Notes: a model not told the origin generated them from the sequence alone. A stretch of DNA of 64,000 nt from Candidatus Bathyarchaeia archaeon (GCA_050013255.1 JBEKFP010000002.1:705185-769184); one strand, 5' to 3'; shown: positions 47,720-58,562, counted from the stretch's first letter. Program-made: numbers and translations.

Positions 47720-48604
47720 CTAGGATTGAGTATCGGACCGGAAGACGATAGACATCTCACCGACCGGCTCAATAATCGCTGAGACTATTTCGAGTAACTT
47801 CTTCCGCAATTGCTCAGTCTCCGTCACGCTCTTTGAACCGTCAACCAAAACAGCGATTATTCCAGTCAAGAATTGGCCGGAAGGCCGCAACCTTATGCTC
47901 GTTACGCCTCGAATTCCTTCCACAGTCTTGAGAGCTGCAGCCAAAGCAGATGTCAACTCGGGACTTTCGCATGCATCCAACAAGATTAGAGAGGATTCCC
48001 TGAAGGCGATGTACGCTATTGCGACAATGTAGACGGCGATTATCATTCCTCCCACAGCGTCGAGTTGCCGAAATCCAAGGGATGCGCCAAGAACGCTAGC
48101 GAAGACGACGAATGAGGCAGTTCCGTCCTTGATCGAATTATTCGCATCTGTCCGAAGTGACAGTAGGCCGTACTTATTCGCGACATTTCGCATCTGAAAA
48201 GCGCGGTACGTTGAGATCGTTCCACAACCGAGTAACGTTGCGAGAGCTAGATACGGATAGGCGATCTCCCTTGGGTTTAGGAAGGTTGCGTAGGCATGGA
48301 ACATTACGTAGGCTGCTAGACCCACCATTCCTATTGAAACAATGAGCGCAGATAGGCTTTCCACCTTCTGGTAGCCAAAATGAAAACGCGCATCCGGCCG
48401 CCTTCTGGAATAATGCAACCCAAGCCATACGATTAAGGAAATCACAGAATCAGAGATTGAGTCCGCTCCATCAGCTTTGAGCCCAAGGCTCCCCGTCAAG
48501 AATCCAATTGTAAGTTCCACTAACCCTATGCTGACTAGGGTGATTACAGAGAGCTTGGCGATGCGTTCGCCAGCTTGAAATGCTTCCGCTGGAGCTGTTG
48601 ACAC
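47720..48604 (-). CDS. Cation diffusion facilitator (CDF) transporter
   Basis: S.GLKADG.DS.SD, FHFGYQKVE, DA.NSIKD, LDA. Confidence 0.92.
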   Translation of the reverse strand: MSTAPAEAFQAGERIAKLSVITLVSIGLVELTIGFLTGSLGLKADGADSISDSVISLIVWLGLHYSRRRPDARFHFGYQKVESLSALIVSIGMVGLAAYVMFHAYATFLNPREIAYPYLALATLLGCGTISTYRAFQMRNVANKYGLLSLRTDANNSIKDGTASFVVFASVLGASLGFRQLDAVGGMIIAVYIVAIAYIAFRESSLILLDACESPELTSALAAALKTVEGIRGVTSIRLRPSGQFLTGIIAVLVDGSKSVTETEQLRKKLLEIVSAIIEPVGEMSIVFRSDTQS

Positions 48605-48651
48605 AAATTCCCTGAGATTGCGATTTCACTTATTAAATCGGACTAGAGGAA

Positions 48652-49239
48652 GTGCCTTATCAGCTCAGGCGAGGCAAAGCGATGGAAAGCGGACACAATT
48701 CACGAATCAGGGATTCACCCTCAGTCTGGATGTCAGTAATCCTAGTAATCGTCTACTTGGTCTTGGGAGTTGCAGGAGGCAATATTCTTTCATTGAATTA
48801 TGATATGTTCTATCCGCTGGCCCAAGTTAACACGGACGTGTGGCACGGCGCGGTTTGGATGTTGCTTACGGCCATGTTCCTACATGCAAACCCAACGCAT
48901 TTGGGCGGAAACGTGCTTTTCCTCTTGATATTCGGAACGTCCCTAGAAGAACAAATCTCTACCCGAAAGTGGCTGACAACATATTTTGCAAGTGGAATTG
49001 CAGGGAACATCGCCTTCCTGTTCCTAGGAGGAAACGCAATTGGCGTTGGGGCTTCTGGCGCAATATGGGGTTTGCTAGGAGCAGCTGGGGGGGTGAAAGG
49101 CCTTGTGGGAATGATCTTTTTCATAGGCCTCGACATCTTCGCGGGTGGCGGTTTCTTGGCCCACGCAGGTGGCTTAGTTGTCGGTTTAGCATTGCATTAC
49201 TCTTGGCTCAAGAAGGCGCGGCTTGGAACCAGGGTCTAG
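48652..49239 (+). CDS. Rhomboid intramembrane serine protease
   Basis: LTAMFLHA..HLGGN, VGASGAIWG, AHAGG. Confidence 0.92.
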   Translation: MPYQLRRGKAMESGHNSRIRDSPSVWMSVILVIVYLVLGVAGGNILSLNYDMFYPLAQVNTDVWHGAVWMLLTAMFLHANPTHLGGNVLFLLIFGTSLEEQISTRKWLTTYFASGIAGNIAFLFLGGNAIGVGASGAIWGLLGAAGGVKGLVGMIFFIGLDIFAGGGFLAHAGGLVVGLALHYSWLKKARLGTRV

Positions 49240-49282
49240 CCATGCGTTTTCATATATACAATGAAATGGAAACTGACCAAGC

Positions 49283-50164
49283 ATGAGCTCCGAGCCTAGA
49301 ATGCGCGGGACAAGATTTCGCAGGCCATCAACCAGGAAACATTCAAAGGAGAGGAGGGGCGAACACGAAGCCTCGGTGTCCTATCTAGAAGAAGAACCAA
49401 TCGATCCGTCACAAGTTTCTTCAAGAATTTTGAACGCCCTCGAACACCTTGGCACACAACGCTTTGCTCTTCCACCTTTCTCCGAGCATTTTCAACGCTG
49501 GACCAAGGATGTCGAGACAGTATTGATGGAATTCGAGACGAAGCTGCCTGAAATGGCGGACGAGGCGTACAGAGTAACCGTCCAAGACCATCTGTCCTTA
49601 CTCCGCGAGGCACTGGGTAAACAAGTCGATGCAGAGAAAAACACTTCTGGAGAAACATCAAAAATACTGCAAGAGTTGAGTGCATTCGAACTTGAGCTCT
49701 CAAAGCTCGAACATGAGTATAGAACTGCAACGAATGAAGCCAGAAAAAGACATGAAAAAGTATTGGGGAAGCTCAGGAACGAGATTGATTTACTCGACAA
49801 GCGACGGCTCAAGCTGCTTCGAAAGCAACCTTCAATCGTTGAAAGAATCTTACATAGGTCTAGCGCGAAACTCGACGCGAGCACGAATGCGCTGCAATCG
49901 AAGAGAACTGACCTTGATCACGAGGGGACATTGCTGCAAACTAACCTAGACGAACTAAGGGCAAACTTTGAGGTAAAGAGGGGTCGCCTAAGAGAGCGCC
50001 AGGAGTTCTTGAAGGCCAAGCTCGATGAATTCAATAGAACCACCTCGAACGACGCGCTGGAGGTGAGAAAGGCTGCCTGTCAAGAATTCGGCCTAGCAGT
50101 GACTCAAACTGTTGAGCGGTCATCGAAGAGACAAATTACTCCAGATGCAGACAATATTCAATAG
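49283..50164 (+). CDS. Hypothetical coiled-coil protein
   Basis: Long heptad-rich charged sequence; N-terminal LGTQRFALPPFSEHF..W block. Confidence 0.7.
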   Translation: MSSEPRMRGTRFRRPSTRKHSKERRGEHEASVSYLEEEPIDPSQVSSRILNALEHLGTQRFALPPFSEHFQRWTKDVETVLMEFETKLPEMADEAYRVTVQDHLSLLREALGKQVDAEKNTSGETSKILQELSAFELELSKLEHEYRTATNEARKRHEKVLGKLRNEIDLLDKRRLKLLRKQPSIVERILHRSSAKLDASTNALQSKRTDLDHEGTLLQTNLDELRANFEVKRGRLRERQEFLKAKLDEFNRTTSNDALEVRKAACQEFGLAVTQTVERSSKRQITPDADNIQ

Positions 50165-50205
50165 AACCTTAATTCTGCCTATGGTTCTCATGGGCACCGG
50201 ACAGG

Positions 50206-51450
50206 TTGATTATCCTGAGTGCTAGCGAAGTCCCCATCGAGAAAGTCATCGAGTTCTGCGACTCATTGGCACGAGACGTAATGAAAGGCCATGAAAAACG
50301 GTTTGCGGAAAGGACTAGGGCGATAAGAGAAACCTCAAGCACACTCTCAATCACTGCTGGCAGATTTGAATCAAGCGTGAAAAATGCGTGGGGAACCATG
50401 GACAAAGTTGCATCTGAGTATGGGATGCGCTTAGCACGCACGATACAAGAAACAACCGAACAACTTACCCGAGCGGAACCTAAGACGAAGTTTCCAGATG
50501 CTCAGAAATTCCATGAAGAATCCATTCATGCCCTCAATAAAATCATAGTTACAATACGAAAGTATCTTCCCAAACTTCATCGGGGCCTCAAGACCGAAAT
50601 GGCTGCTCTAAACACCGCCCTAGCAAAACTCGAAAACTCCGTGCGGTCACTAGGCGCAGCATTGGATGAGTCACCCGGAGCCAAGATCGAATCAATCAGA
50701 AGAGAAACAGACATACTAGCGCGAAGGCTAGAGGACTTTCTCACGCTAAGGAAAGATGAAACGGAATGCGTGGCCACATTGCAGTCAATCTCAGAGCGAG
50801 AAAACGATTTCTTACGAGGCCAGATGGAATTGACCTCGCAAGGAGAATTTCTTGAATTGCGACGTTACGAGGAATTAATGCGTGTGAAGGAGGATGAAAT
50901 AAGGCAGTTCTTTCAACCGGTCGTAAAGCCGCTCGTCAAGCTTGAGAGAGTAGTATCGGCCAAGCAGAGCCCTGCTCTTGACACTCAAACGTTACGTGGC
51001 TTAGTCGAATCGCCCGTTGAAACTCTAGCAACGGGCCAAACGTTCGCCATCCTCAAAATCCTGGGACAGTTGGACGACGCATTATCGCACAATGAGTTGG
51101 ACGTCGAAGAACGGAAAAAACGAAAAGCGCAGGACACAATTCTGAGCGTCAAGAACGGAGCTATCGAGGCAATGCGTCAGGAATACTTGACCATCCAGGC
51201 AAACATTCAGGAAACACTCAGGCAGCTGCGCGCAAATGGGCTTCTCCAGAAAAGGGATAAAACCGAAGAATCACTAACCCAAGCCCGCAACGAAAAAGAA
51301 ACAGTAGAGACACGTCACAGAGAAGTGCAAAGAAGAATCGACGAGGTCGGTAAGGACATACTCAAACAAAAAACCGCCCTAGAATCCCAACTCTCCAAAT
51401 TGGCTCATAGAACAATAACAATACGCGCTGATCAGCTGGCTATTTCTTAG
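50206..51450 (+). CDS. Hypothetical coiled-coil protein
   Basis: All-helical charged sequence, no Walker motifs. Confidence 0.7.
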   Translation: MIILSASEVPIEKVIEFCDSLARDVMKGHEKRFAERTRAIRETSSTLSITAGRFESSVKNAWGTMDKVASEYGMRLARTIQETTEQLTRAEPKTKFPDAQKFHEESIHALNKIIVTIRKYLPKLHRGLKTEMAALNTALAKLENSVRSLGAALDESPGAKIESIRRETDILARRLEDFLTLRKDETECVATLQSISERENDFLRGQMELTSQGEFLELRRYEELMRVKEDEIRQFFQPVVKPLVKLERVVSAKQSPALDTQTLRGLVESPVETLATGQTFAILKILGQLDDALSHNELDVEERKKRKAQDTILSVKNGAIEAMRQEYLTIQANIQETLRQLRANGLLQKRDKTEESLTQARNEKETVETRHREVQRRIDEVGKDILKQKTALESQLSKLAHRTITIRADQLAIS

Positions 51451-51808
51451 CCATGCCATAACCACTATAGAGCATCAATATGCCCATCAGCAACATAACA
51501 GAACCCGAAAGCGTTGAACCCTGCATCATCGAGAACACTTGCCCGAGCATAGCCACTCCCAAAACCAACATAATTACACCGTAGAGCACCATTACTCCTC
51601 CAATCGTCGAGCGGTTCTTCATCACATGCGACGTGAGCAAATACAGGCCGGTCAATAGAACCATTGACCCCAACATCAGAAGGAAATAGCCGCCCCACAT
51701 AGCAGTGGAAGAAACCATCATTCCCGCAGGTTGAAGAAGCGCCAAGCCTGCAACCATGTCAACAATGCCGCCGATGACTCCCATCGCGGCCGAGTAGGTT
51801 TGCTTCAA
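51440..51808 (-). CDS. Met-rich 4-TM membrane protein
   Basis: Four hydrophobic helices, internal two-fold repeat. Confidence 0.65.
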   Translation of the reverse strand: MKQTYSAAMGVIGGIVDMVAGLALLQPAGMMVSSTAMWGGYFLLMLGSMVLLTGLYLLTSHVMKNRSTIGGVMVLYGVIMLVLGVAMLGQVFSMMQGSTLSGSVMLLMGILMLYSGYGMAKK

Positions 51809-51937
51809 GCCATTACCACAACCCTATCTGAGATCCACCACAAGCCAATCCCAGTACAAAAGCATCTTGGCATCAGTTCCTGCGAGCAGTTCTAATCCTT
51901 ATCACCGCAGACCGAATAAGGAAAGGCGAGGTGGAAG

Positions 51938-52804
51938 TTGGTGTCCTCGGAAAAGAAGGGCGGTTACATTGATGTGCATGTTCATCCGCCCACCAAAGAG
52001 TTCCTAATAGATTCTGGCGGACGGCATGTTGAAGCTGCCGTCAAGAAATTCGGCCGCACAATTGAACTTAGAACTTTCGAACAGATGCTCGATGAATACA
52101 CGAGGTGTGGCGTTGAAAAATTAGTTCTGTTCGCTTGGGACGCCGAAACAACCAGCCACATGCCGAGAGTTACGAATGAATTTGTCGCCAAAGTCGCTGA
52201 CCAGTATCCTGAGCGAATCATAGGGTTCGCGTCAGTTGACCCGCATAAGAAATCCGCTGTCAAGGACTTTGAATATGCAATCCGTGAACTGAGTCTTGTT
52301 GGTTTGAAACTCCACCCGCAAGTGCAAGCCTTCGAGCCGAACGACCCCGCCTATTATCCGCTTTACTCTAAGTGTGTCGAACTTGGTGTGCCAGTTACAT
52401 TCCATACTGGTTCAACGTACTGGGGCGCTGGTCTGGAGGGCGGAGGGGGCATAAAGCTGCGGTTCTCAGACCCCATGCTTCTGGATGATGTGGCTGCAGA
52501 CTTTCCCGACCTGAAGCTTATCATGGCGCATCCCGGATGGCCGTGGCAGGACGAGCAGCTGGCAATCGCGACTCACAAAAACAATGTGTACATTGACCTT
52601 TCGGGTTGGTCTCCCAAATACTTCCAGCCACTTCTGATCACTTACATGACGAAAATGATCCCACAGAAATTCCTGTTCGGGACAGACTATCCCATGCTGA
52701 GCCCACAACGATGGCTCCTAGACTTCGAAGGGCTCGGTCTGAGTTCAGAAATCAAAAGTATGGTTCTAAGGGAGAACGCCAAGAACCTCTTGAAACTGAA
52801 ATGA
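51938..52804 (+). CDS. Amidohydrolase_2 family protein
   Basis: IDVHVH, GLKLHP, FHTG, MAHPG.PW, FGTDYP. Confidence 0.93.
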   Translation: MVSSEKKGGYIDVHVHPPTKEFLIDSGGRHVEAAVKKFGRTIELRTFEQMLDEYTRCGVEKLVLFAWDAETTSHMPRVTNEFVAKVADQYPERIIGFASVDPHKKSAVKDFEYAIRELSLVGLKLHPQVQAFEPNDPAYYPLYSKCVELGVPVTFHTGSTYWGAGLEGGGGIKLRFSDPMLLDDVAADFPDLKLIMAHPGWPWQDEQLAIATHKNNVYIDLSGWSPKYFQPLLITYMTKMIPQKFLFGTDYPMLSPQRWLLDFEGLGLSSEIKSMVLRENAKNLLKLK

Positions 52805-52897
52805 GCCTCTAATTCCACGTGGCTGGTCAGCTGCTCAGTCCGAGGACCGAACGGTATGCATCGATGTCCAAGCGCTATTTGCGCCTGTTTCAACTAC

Positions 52898-53080
52898 CTA
52901 TGCCTGCGGTCTGCGAATGGCGTGCGAGAGAATCCAAAGGCCTATGATTATTGCGACTACCGCCCACCAAGAAATAGGTAGTTTTATCCCTAGAACTTGA
53001 CTCGCCAGCGTTGCGATTCCCCAAATGAGGACCAACGCACCAATCAGAAGGGGCCAGAAGTGGACTCGCATCTGAATCAT
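52898..53080 (-). CDS. Small 2-TM membrane protein
   Basis: FWPLLIGALVLIWG...WWAVVAIIIGLWIL. Confidence 0.6.
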   Translation of the reverse strand: MIQMRVHFWPLLIGALVLIWGIATLASQVLGIKLPISWWAVVAIIIGLWILSHAIRRPQA

Positions 53081-53164
53081 GTGGACGGCCTTGGAAATAG
53101 ACCTTTAAGGGTTCCCCGTGAGATTCTGGTGCGATAAAACACGTTGCAGAACCATTTTGGTTGA

Positions 53165-53797
53165 ATGAGACCTGTGCCTCGAAACAGAGCCGGGCCGATT
53201 CCCCGACCGCGCATTGAAACTCTGTCCGACCTTGTATTTGGATTGGCATTGTCGATCGGTGCATTGACTCTCATCGGCAAAACCCCAAGTACGCCGGCTG
53301 ACATTCGAAGTGCTGTCCTCGGCTTCGGATTTAGTTTCATAATTCTAATTTCGGTATGGCTACGCTATACTAAGATAATGTCCGCGCTACCGCTAGAGAC
53401 CGCAACAGCAGTCTCCTGGAACATAGCATTACTCTTCCTAGTATCCGTTGAACCATATTTGCTCAGCCTTGTCAATACAGCAAAGGCAATTTCGATGTTC
53501 GATTATGCCTCCATCGTTTATGCCTTGGACCTGGCCGGTCTTGTGGCAATCTTGGGGCTTTTCACTCACATGTTGACCATTGAGGAGAGGAAACTGATCC
53601 CGGCTCGCTTGGTAGGACGGCAAAGGAGGATTCGAAATGCTTTCCTCTTCTCGGCATTTCTTTTCTTGATTAGCACGCTGCCTCAGTTCCTGGCATGGAG
53701 GGTTGATGGAACGCCGTTGAGAGTGATTTTCTGGTATGTTCCCTTAATCATATTGTGGTCTCTACAGGTGCCAAGGGTGTGGAAAAGGAATAGATAA
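53165..53797 (+). CDS. TMEM175 (DUF1211) family potassium channel-like protein
   Basis: RIETLSDLVFGLALSI, SF.I...VW.RY; about 6 TMs. Confidence 0.85.
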   Translation: MRPVPRNRAGPIPRPRIETLSDLVFGLALSIGALTLIGKTPSTPADIRSAVLGFGFSFIILISVWLRYTKIMSALPLETATAVSWNIALLFLVSVEPYLLSLVNTAKAISMFDYASIVYALDLAGLVAILGLFTHMLTIEERKLIPARLVGRQRRIRNAFLFSAFLFLISTLPQFLAWRVDGTPLRVIFWYVPLIILWSLQVPRVWKRNR

Positions 53798-53819
53798 GCC
53801 TGGAAGCTCGGTAGATATT

Positions 53820-54539
53820 TCAGCGGATCTTCGGGTAGGCAAGGCTTCTGTTGAATAGTAGCAACATGCCAGCGTTGATCGCGTAGTAAGTCGTCAAGTA
53901 AGGGTACCCATATTTCTTGATTCTCCGGAGCGAGGTGTAGGCTACCATGTCAGGGTTGAATAGGATTCGTCCTTCATGGCGAATTCTCAGGCTGAGCATT
54001 ACGTCCTCGGATAGTTCCCTGCTCTCGTCGAATCCTCCCGCCTGCCAAAACGCTCCTTTCCTGTAGGCGCAGTTGAACCCAGCAACATGTGGTAAACCGA
54101 GTTTCAGTGACAAACGCTGCGCCCATCCCGTCGCTACTTGGTACGCAAGCTCGTCTAACTTGGTTCCACTATAGGGTAGTGTTGGGCCCGTTACTCCAAC
54201 CGCGTTGGGGTCGTCACCGAAGGATCGGGCAATTTCCTCGAGCCAGTCAACAGATGCTATTGTGTCAGCGTCGATGAAGGCGAGAATTTCTCCCTTGGCC
54301 TCTGTTGCGCCGATATTTCGAGATGCTCCCACGGCTTGACCGGGCTTCACCAAAACCTTGTCTGAGTATTTTCGTGCCACCTCAACGGTCTCGTCAGAGC
54401 TACCTCCATCTACAACTATGATCTCGCGGATTTCTTTTCGTGACTGGTTAATGAGGGAGCTGAGGCATCTAGGCAGGTACTTCTCCTCGTTCAGGGTCGG
54501 AACGATAACTGAAATGTCGGTCGCCGCAACCATGAACAT
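53820..54539 (-). CDS. Glycosyltransferase family 2
   Basis: ISVIVPTLNEE, VVDGGSSD, FIDAD, GGFD...SED; start likely 54539 or 54533 rather than 54899. Confidence 0.9.
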   Translation of the reverse strand: MFMVAATDISVIVPTLNEEKYLPRCLSSLINQSRKEIREIIVVDGGSSDETVEVARKYSDKVLVKPGQAVGASRNIGATEAKGEILAFIDADTIASVDWLEEIARSFGDDPNAVGVTGPTLPYSGTKLDELAYQVATGWAQRLSLKLGLPHVAGFNCAYRKGAFWQAGGFDESRELSEDVMLSLRIRHEGRILFNPDMVAYTSLRRIKKYGYPYLTTYYAINAGMLLLFNRSLAYPKIR

Positions 54540-54944
54540 GTACCTAAGCCTCACCCCTATTGGCGAAGGCTGAGGCCGAAGGTCGAATGATGCCAATTCT
54601 CCTTTAGCTATTATTTGACCAGAGAAATTCTGCAGTATCTCCGCCTGGGTGCGGACAAATGCGAAATCGAAGTGAGCATAGAGCTCAGAAAATTGCTGAA
54701 CTCTAGTAAACGTGGATAGGAAGAACGCTGTTAATTCTGGCGACTTGAAAAGAAGCGCGAATGCAATCATCGAGGCAAGAATTGTGAGGATGATGGATGG
54801 TTGAGCCAACCTCTCCCTAGATGAATTTTCATCTGCCAGCTTTGGCCTCAACATATTGGCAACTCTCACAATAATGATTCGAAGGCGAATCTCAATCACT
54901 TGCTAATAGAGTTACTCGAAACACATGGAAATGGTCACGAAATC

Positions 54945-55062
54945 TGGTGGACCGGGCGGGATTTGAACCCGCGGCCTTCCGGTTTTTCTTTCAGATGAAT
55001 GCGAACCGGACGTTCTTTGGCCTCAGCCACAAGTTGAGTATACCAGGCTGAACTACCGGCCC
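54945..55062 (-). tRNA. tRNA-Ala(CGC) with two introns (24 nt in the D-loop; 16 nt at 37/38)
   Basis: GGGCCGG/CCGGTCC (G3-U70 Ala determinant)-A-CCA; BHB TGGT-ATA-CTCA...TGAG-GCCA-AAG. Confidence 0.92.
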
Positions 55063-55319
55063 TGAACCCTAGAAAACCAACTCTCCTTTAAACGGTTTAT
55101 TCGAGGCAGTATGCAGCCAGAAGAAGATGATGGCAGGTCTGGAATTCTTACCCTCCAAGTATCATGCTCGGTGGGCAGTGAAGGCACACGTCGTATGGTC
55201 CAGATCCGCAAATCGTGCATTGTGAACAATCATTACCATAGCAATCCCGGCACTCGGCGCACCTTCCGATCGTTCCCAATCATTTTCACCTCCCTACATC
55301 TGAGTTCGACTAGATTACG

Positions 55320-56240
55320 TTACCACGTCGGGTGTCTTCCCTGGCAGAGCTCTTGGAGTGCAGCCCACTTCTGGTCTACTTGAGTTTTCAGAGCATCTAG
55401 CTCGTAGGCATACTGTGGCTGGAAGAGGTGGCTGAATCGGCCCTGCATTCTGAGGAAGGTCTCGAGAGGCTCAACATGGGGGTTTACGCTGAGTTTGTAC
55501 TTCCCTTTCTCGACCTCATACAGGGGGAAGTAGCGCGTTTGTACTGCGAGTCTTCCCATCTGGATTGTTTGCTCAGTCTTGAAGTGCCATCCCAGTGGGC
55601 ATGGAGCTAAGGCATGAACTAGCGCTGGGCCTTCGACCGCCGCTGCTTTCTGCACCTTCATGATAAAATCACTCCAGTAAGCGGTTGAGGCGGTAGCTAC
55701 GTAATCCACGTGGTGTGCTAATGCGAACGCGATTAGGTCCTTCTTTGGCCCCACCTTCCCAGGCGATGCCACGCCTACTGGTGTGGTTGTTGTCCACGCT
55801 CCTTCTGGGGTTGCGCTTGAACGTTGAATTCCCGTATTCATGTACGCCTCATTGTCATAACAAATGTACACGAAGTCGTGCCTTCTTTCAAAAGCACCTG
55901 ACAGTGCTTGAAGGCCAATATCGAAAGTTCCTCCATCGCCGCCGAATATTATGATGTCTGAATCCAGTTTGCCGTCGTTCCTTGATTTGAGGTAGGTCTC
56001 GACTCCGCTCGCTATAGCCGGGGCGTTTTCAAAAAGTCCGTGAACCCAAGGAACACGCCAAGCCGTGTAGGGGTAAATTGTAGTTGCGACTTCAAGACAA
56101 CCGGTTGCGTTTACAACATACGTCGGTCGCTTCATTGCTTTCAGCGTCATCCTAGCTGTAATCGATGCACCGCATCCAGCGCAGAGGCGATGTCCTGGGC
56201 CGTAGAGTTCTTCGACTTGTAGCTCTCTTAGCATTGGCAT
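55320..56240 (-). CDS. porB: Pyruvate/2-oxoacid:ferredoxin oxidoreductase beta subunit
   Basis: GHRLCAGC, TGCLEV, GGDGG..DIG, DNEAYMNTGIQRS. Confidence 0.93.
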   Translation of the reverse strand: MPMLRELQVEELYGPGHRLCAGCGASITARMTLKAMKRPTYVVNATGCLEVATTIYPYTAWRVPWVHGLFENAPAIASGVETYLKSRNDGKLDSDIIIFGGDGGTFDIGLQALSGAFERRHDFVYICYDNEAYMNTGIQRSSATPEGAWTTTTPVGVASPGKVGPKKDLIAFALAHHVDYVATASTAYWSDFIMKVQKAAAVEGPALVHALAPCPLGWHFKTEQTIQMGRLAVQTRYFPLYEVEKGKYKLSVNPHVEPLETFLRMQGRFSHLFQPQYAYELDALKTQVDQKWAALQELCQGRHPTW

Positions 56241-57431
56241 CTACTCTCGCACCCCCGCAAACTCCATTTCTAAGCCCGTAGGCCTTGACGTGGCCTCCAG
56301 CCCAGTCCTAAAGATCTGCTCGATGCTATCAGGCGAGAGGTCGCGTCCTCCCAAACCAGCAACAATGTCCAACACTTTTGGTTGCCCTGAACGGCTGTAT
56401 AAGGAGCAGACTACGTCGTTCCCAAGTGGTCCGCAATGCGCGCCTAGGCTAAGGGCACGTTCCAAGACTATTACGACATCGAGGTGCTCGAGGAGTTCTC
56501 CTACCTGCTCATGCGGGAAGGGCCTATAGAGTGCAATTTTCAAAGCGCCCACAGGCAGTCCTTGTTTTCGCAGGTTTCGTACAACCCACCTCACTGTTCC
56601 CGAGGCACTACCTAAGGAAACAATCGCGACCTTCGCATCTTCCAGAGCGTAAGGAGTAAGCCGATCGTAGGCGCGGTTTGTTAGTTTGGCAAACTCCCGC
56701 GTCACTTCACTGAAGACTTCCGGGACGGCTCGCATCGCTTCGTCTTGTTGCTTCTTGAACTCAGAATAGTAGTCAGGCAGCGTTAGTGTCCCAAACGTCA
56801 TTGGTTTCTGGACGTCGAGCTTCATGAGGGATTGTCTCGGGGGTAGAAACTTGTTGACTTCGGTTTGATCGACTAGCGCTAAGGGTTCAACTGAATGTGT
56901 TATCACGTAACCGTCCATGTTTACTGTAAAAGGTAGCGCAACACGTTCGTCTTCTGCAATACGGTAGGCCTGCATCACCCAATCGTATCCTTCTTGTGCG
57001 TTTTCAACGTAGAGCTGTATCCATCCGGAATCTCTTGATCCCATCATGTCGGAGTGATCGCCGTGAATGTTGATCGGAGCCGAGAGTGCTCGGTTCGCGA
57101 CCGCCGTCACAATTGGGCATCTGAGACCAGACGTGAGGTAGAGGACTTCATGCATCAAAGCCAATCCTTGGCTTGAGGTTGCGGTAAAGGCACGCCCACC
57201 AGCCAGGCTTGCCCCAACGCACGCTGAGAGGGCTGAGTGCTCTGATTCTACGTTCACGAACTTTGCTTTGGTCTCACCGCCCGCTACAAGATCGGCGAGG
57301 CGTTCGACGATTATTGTCTGTGGTGTGATCGGGTAGGCAGAGATGAAATCCACGTTTGACTGGATCACTGCTTTGGCAATGGCTTCCGACCCGCTCATCG
57401 GAACAAGTTGGGTCTTTTGCGTATTTTGCAT
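56241..57431 (-). CDS. porA: Pyruvate/2-oxoacid:ferredoxin oxidoreductase alpha subunit
   Basis: AYPITPQT, ESEHSA, TATSSQGL, NRALSAPINIH.DHSD. Confidence 0.93.
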   Translation of the reverse strand: MQNTQKTQLVPMSGSEAIAKAVIQSNVDFISAYPITPQTIIVERLADLVAGGETKAKFVNVESEHSALSACVGASLAGGRAFTATSSQGLALMHEVLYLTSGLRCPIVTAVANRALSAPINIHGDHSDMMGSRDSGWIQLYVENAQEGYDWVMQAYRIAEDERVALPFTVNMDGYVITHSVEPLALVDQTEVNKFLPPRQSLMKLDVQKPMTFGTLTLPDYYSEFKKQQDEAMRAVPEVFSEVTREFAKLTNRAYDRLTPYALEDAKVAIVSLGSASGTVRWVVRNLRKQGLPVGALKIALYRPFPHEQVGELLEHLDVVIVLERALSLGAHCGPLGNDVVCSLYSRSGQPKVLDIVAGLGGRDLSPDSIEQIFRTGLEATSRPTGLEMEFAGVRE

Positions 57432-57434
57432 TGT

Positions 57435-57716
57435 TCATTCTTCCTCCATCGTGATTGCTTTCACTGGGCATTCAACTGCGCATATGCCGCAACCCTTGCA
57501 ATAGTCGTAGTCGAAGGAGATTGCTTTCGGCCCGCGCAAGATTGCCGGCTCGGGGCACCAAATCCAACAGAAGAGGCAGTTGGTACACTTCGCCTCATTC
57601 AAAACAGGTTTCTTGGTCTTCCAGTCACCGGTCTTGAATTCTCTCGCTGAACCCGGTTCAACGATTACAGCGCCGCGAACCATCGCGCGCCAGCCTGGCT
57701 TGGTCCCCGTCTTCAA
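57435..57716 (-). CDS. porD: Pyruvate/2-oxoacid:ferredoxin oxidoreductase delta subunit (2x4Fe-4S)
   Basis: KTGDW, CTNCLFCWIWCP, DYDYCKGCGICAVECP. Confidence 0.93.
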   Translation of the reverse strand: MKTGTKPGWRAMVRGAVIVEPGSAREFKTGDWKTKKPVLNEAKCTNCLFCWIWCPEPAILRGPKAISFDYDYCKGCGICAVECPVKAITMEEE

Positions 57717-58267
57717 ATTTGTTTGACCTCCTTGAAACCCATCCTAACCATCTTCGCGTTAACTTCCCCCAAATCGCCATGGAACCTCTGTTTCACAGCG
57801 GCCTCCAAAGCTTCAATGCCTATACACCCTGACGCGTTCGCCAAGGCCCCAAGCATGATCGTGCTCACGGTCGGGGTGCCGATTAGCTCCCTTGCGATGC
57901 GAGAAGCGTCGACAAGGAAGGCGGAGGCCTTAGTCTCGTCACTCATCTTCTTGACAACGGACGCCTCTGAATCTGTCGAGTTTACGACGAACTTTCCATT
58001 TTGAATTAGGCCTCGCGTTACAGGTACTGTGGCCAGCAAGCTTTTTTCGAAGACGGCGACCGCGGTTGGTGTGTAGATTTGACTCCTAATTTCGATGGGT
58101 TGGTCATCTATGCGGGCGAACGCTGCTACGGGCGACCCCAATCTTTCCGGGCCAAAGTCGGGGAAGGCCTGTGCGTATTTCCCGTCTAGAATTGCGGCTT
58201 GCGCGACCAAGCGGCTGGCAGTCAGAATGCCTTGACCTGCTCTACCGTGAAATCTAACCTCATGCAC
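57713..58267 (-). CDS. porC: Pyruvate/2-oxoacid:ferredoxin oxidoreductase gamma subunit
   Basis: EVRFHGRAGQG, AFPDFGPERLGSPV.AF.RI. Confidence 0.93.
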   Translation of the reverse strand: MHEVRFHGRAGQGILTASRLVAQAAILDGKYAQAFPDFGPERLGSPVAAFARIDDQPIEIRSQIYTPTAVAVFEKSLLATVPVTRGLIQNGKFVVNSTDSEASVVKKMSDETKASAFLVDASRIARELIGTPTVSTIMLGALANASGCIGIEALEAAVKQRFHGDLGEVNAKMVRMGFKEVKQI

Positions 58268-58562
58268 TAGCTTCAGACTCCAATATATGCAGCCACCCTG
58301 TAAGTATATGCTAATTATAGTGGCGTATGGATTCTATAGAGGGAACATACGATAGCTCACGACCTGACCTCCTGAGGCGGGATTGCGGATTACGCAATGA
58401 CTACGCACAATCAGCCTGTGGTTCCATAAGTCATGACTTGCCGCGGCTTCTTCGACTGACCCAGTCCCCCGAGCTCCGCGATTGGTGTTTCAACTACTGC
58501 ACTCCACGCGAGCCAAAGTTCGAACAAATCCTTAAAACAAAAGACTCGAAAACGGCACGGTA

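Noticed and set aside
54540-54899. 120-aa N-terminal extension fused to the GT2
   Set aside because: No recognisable domain; GT2 homology starts at about 54530; cannot tell whether the extension is translated
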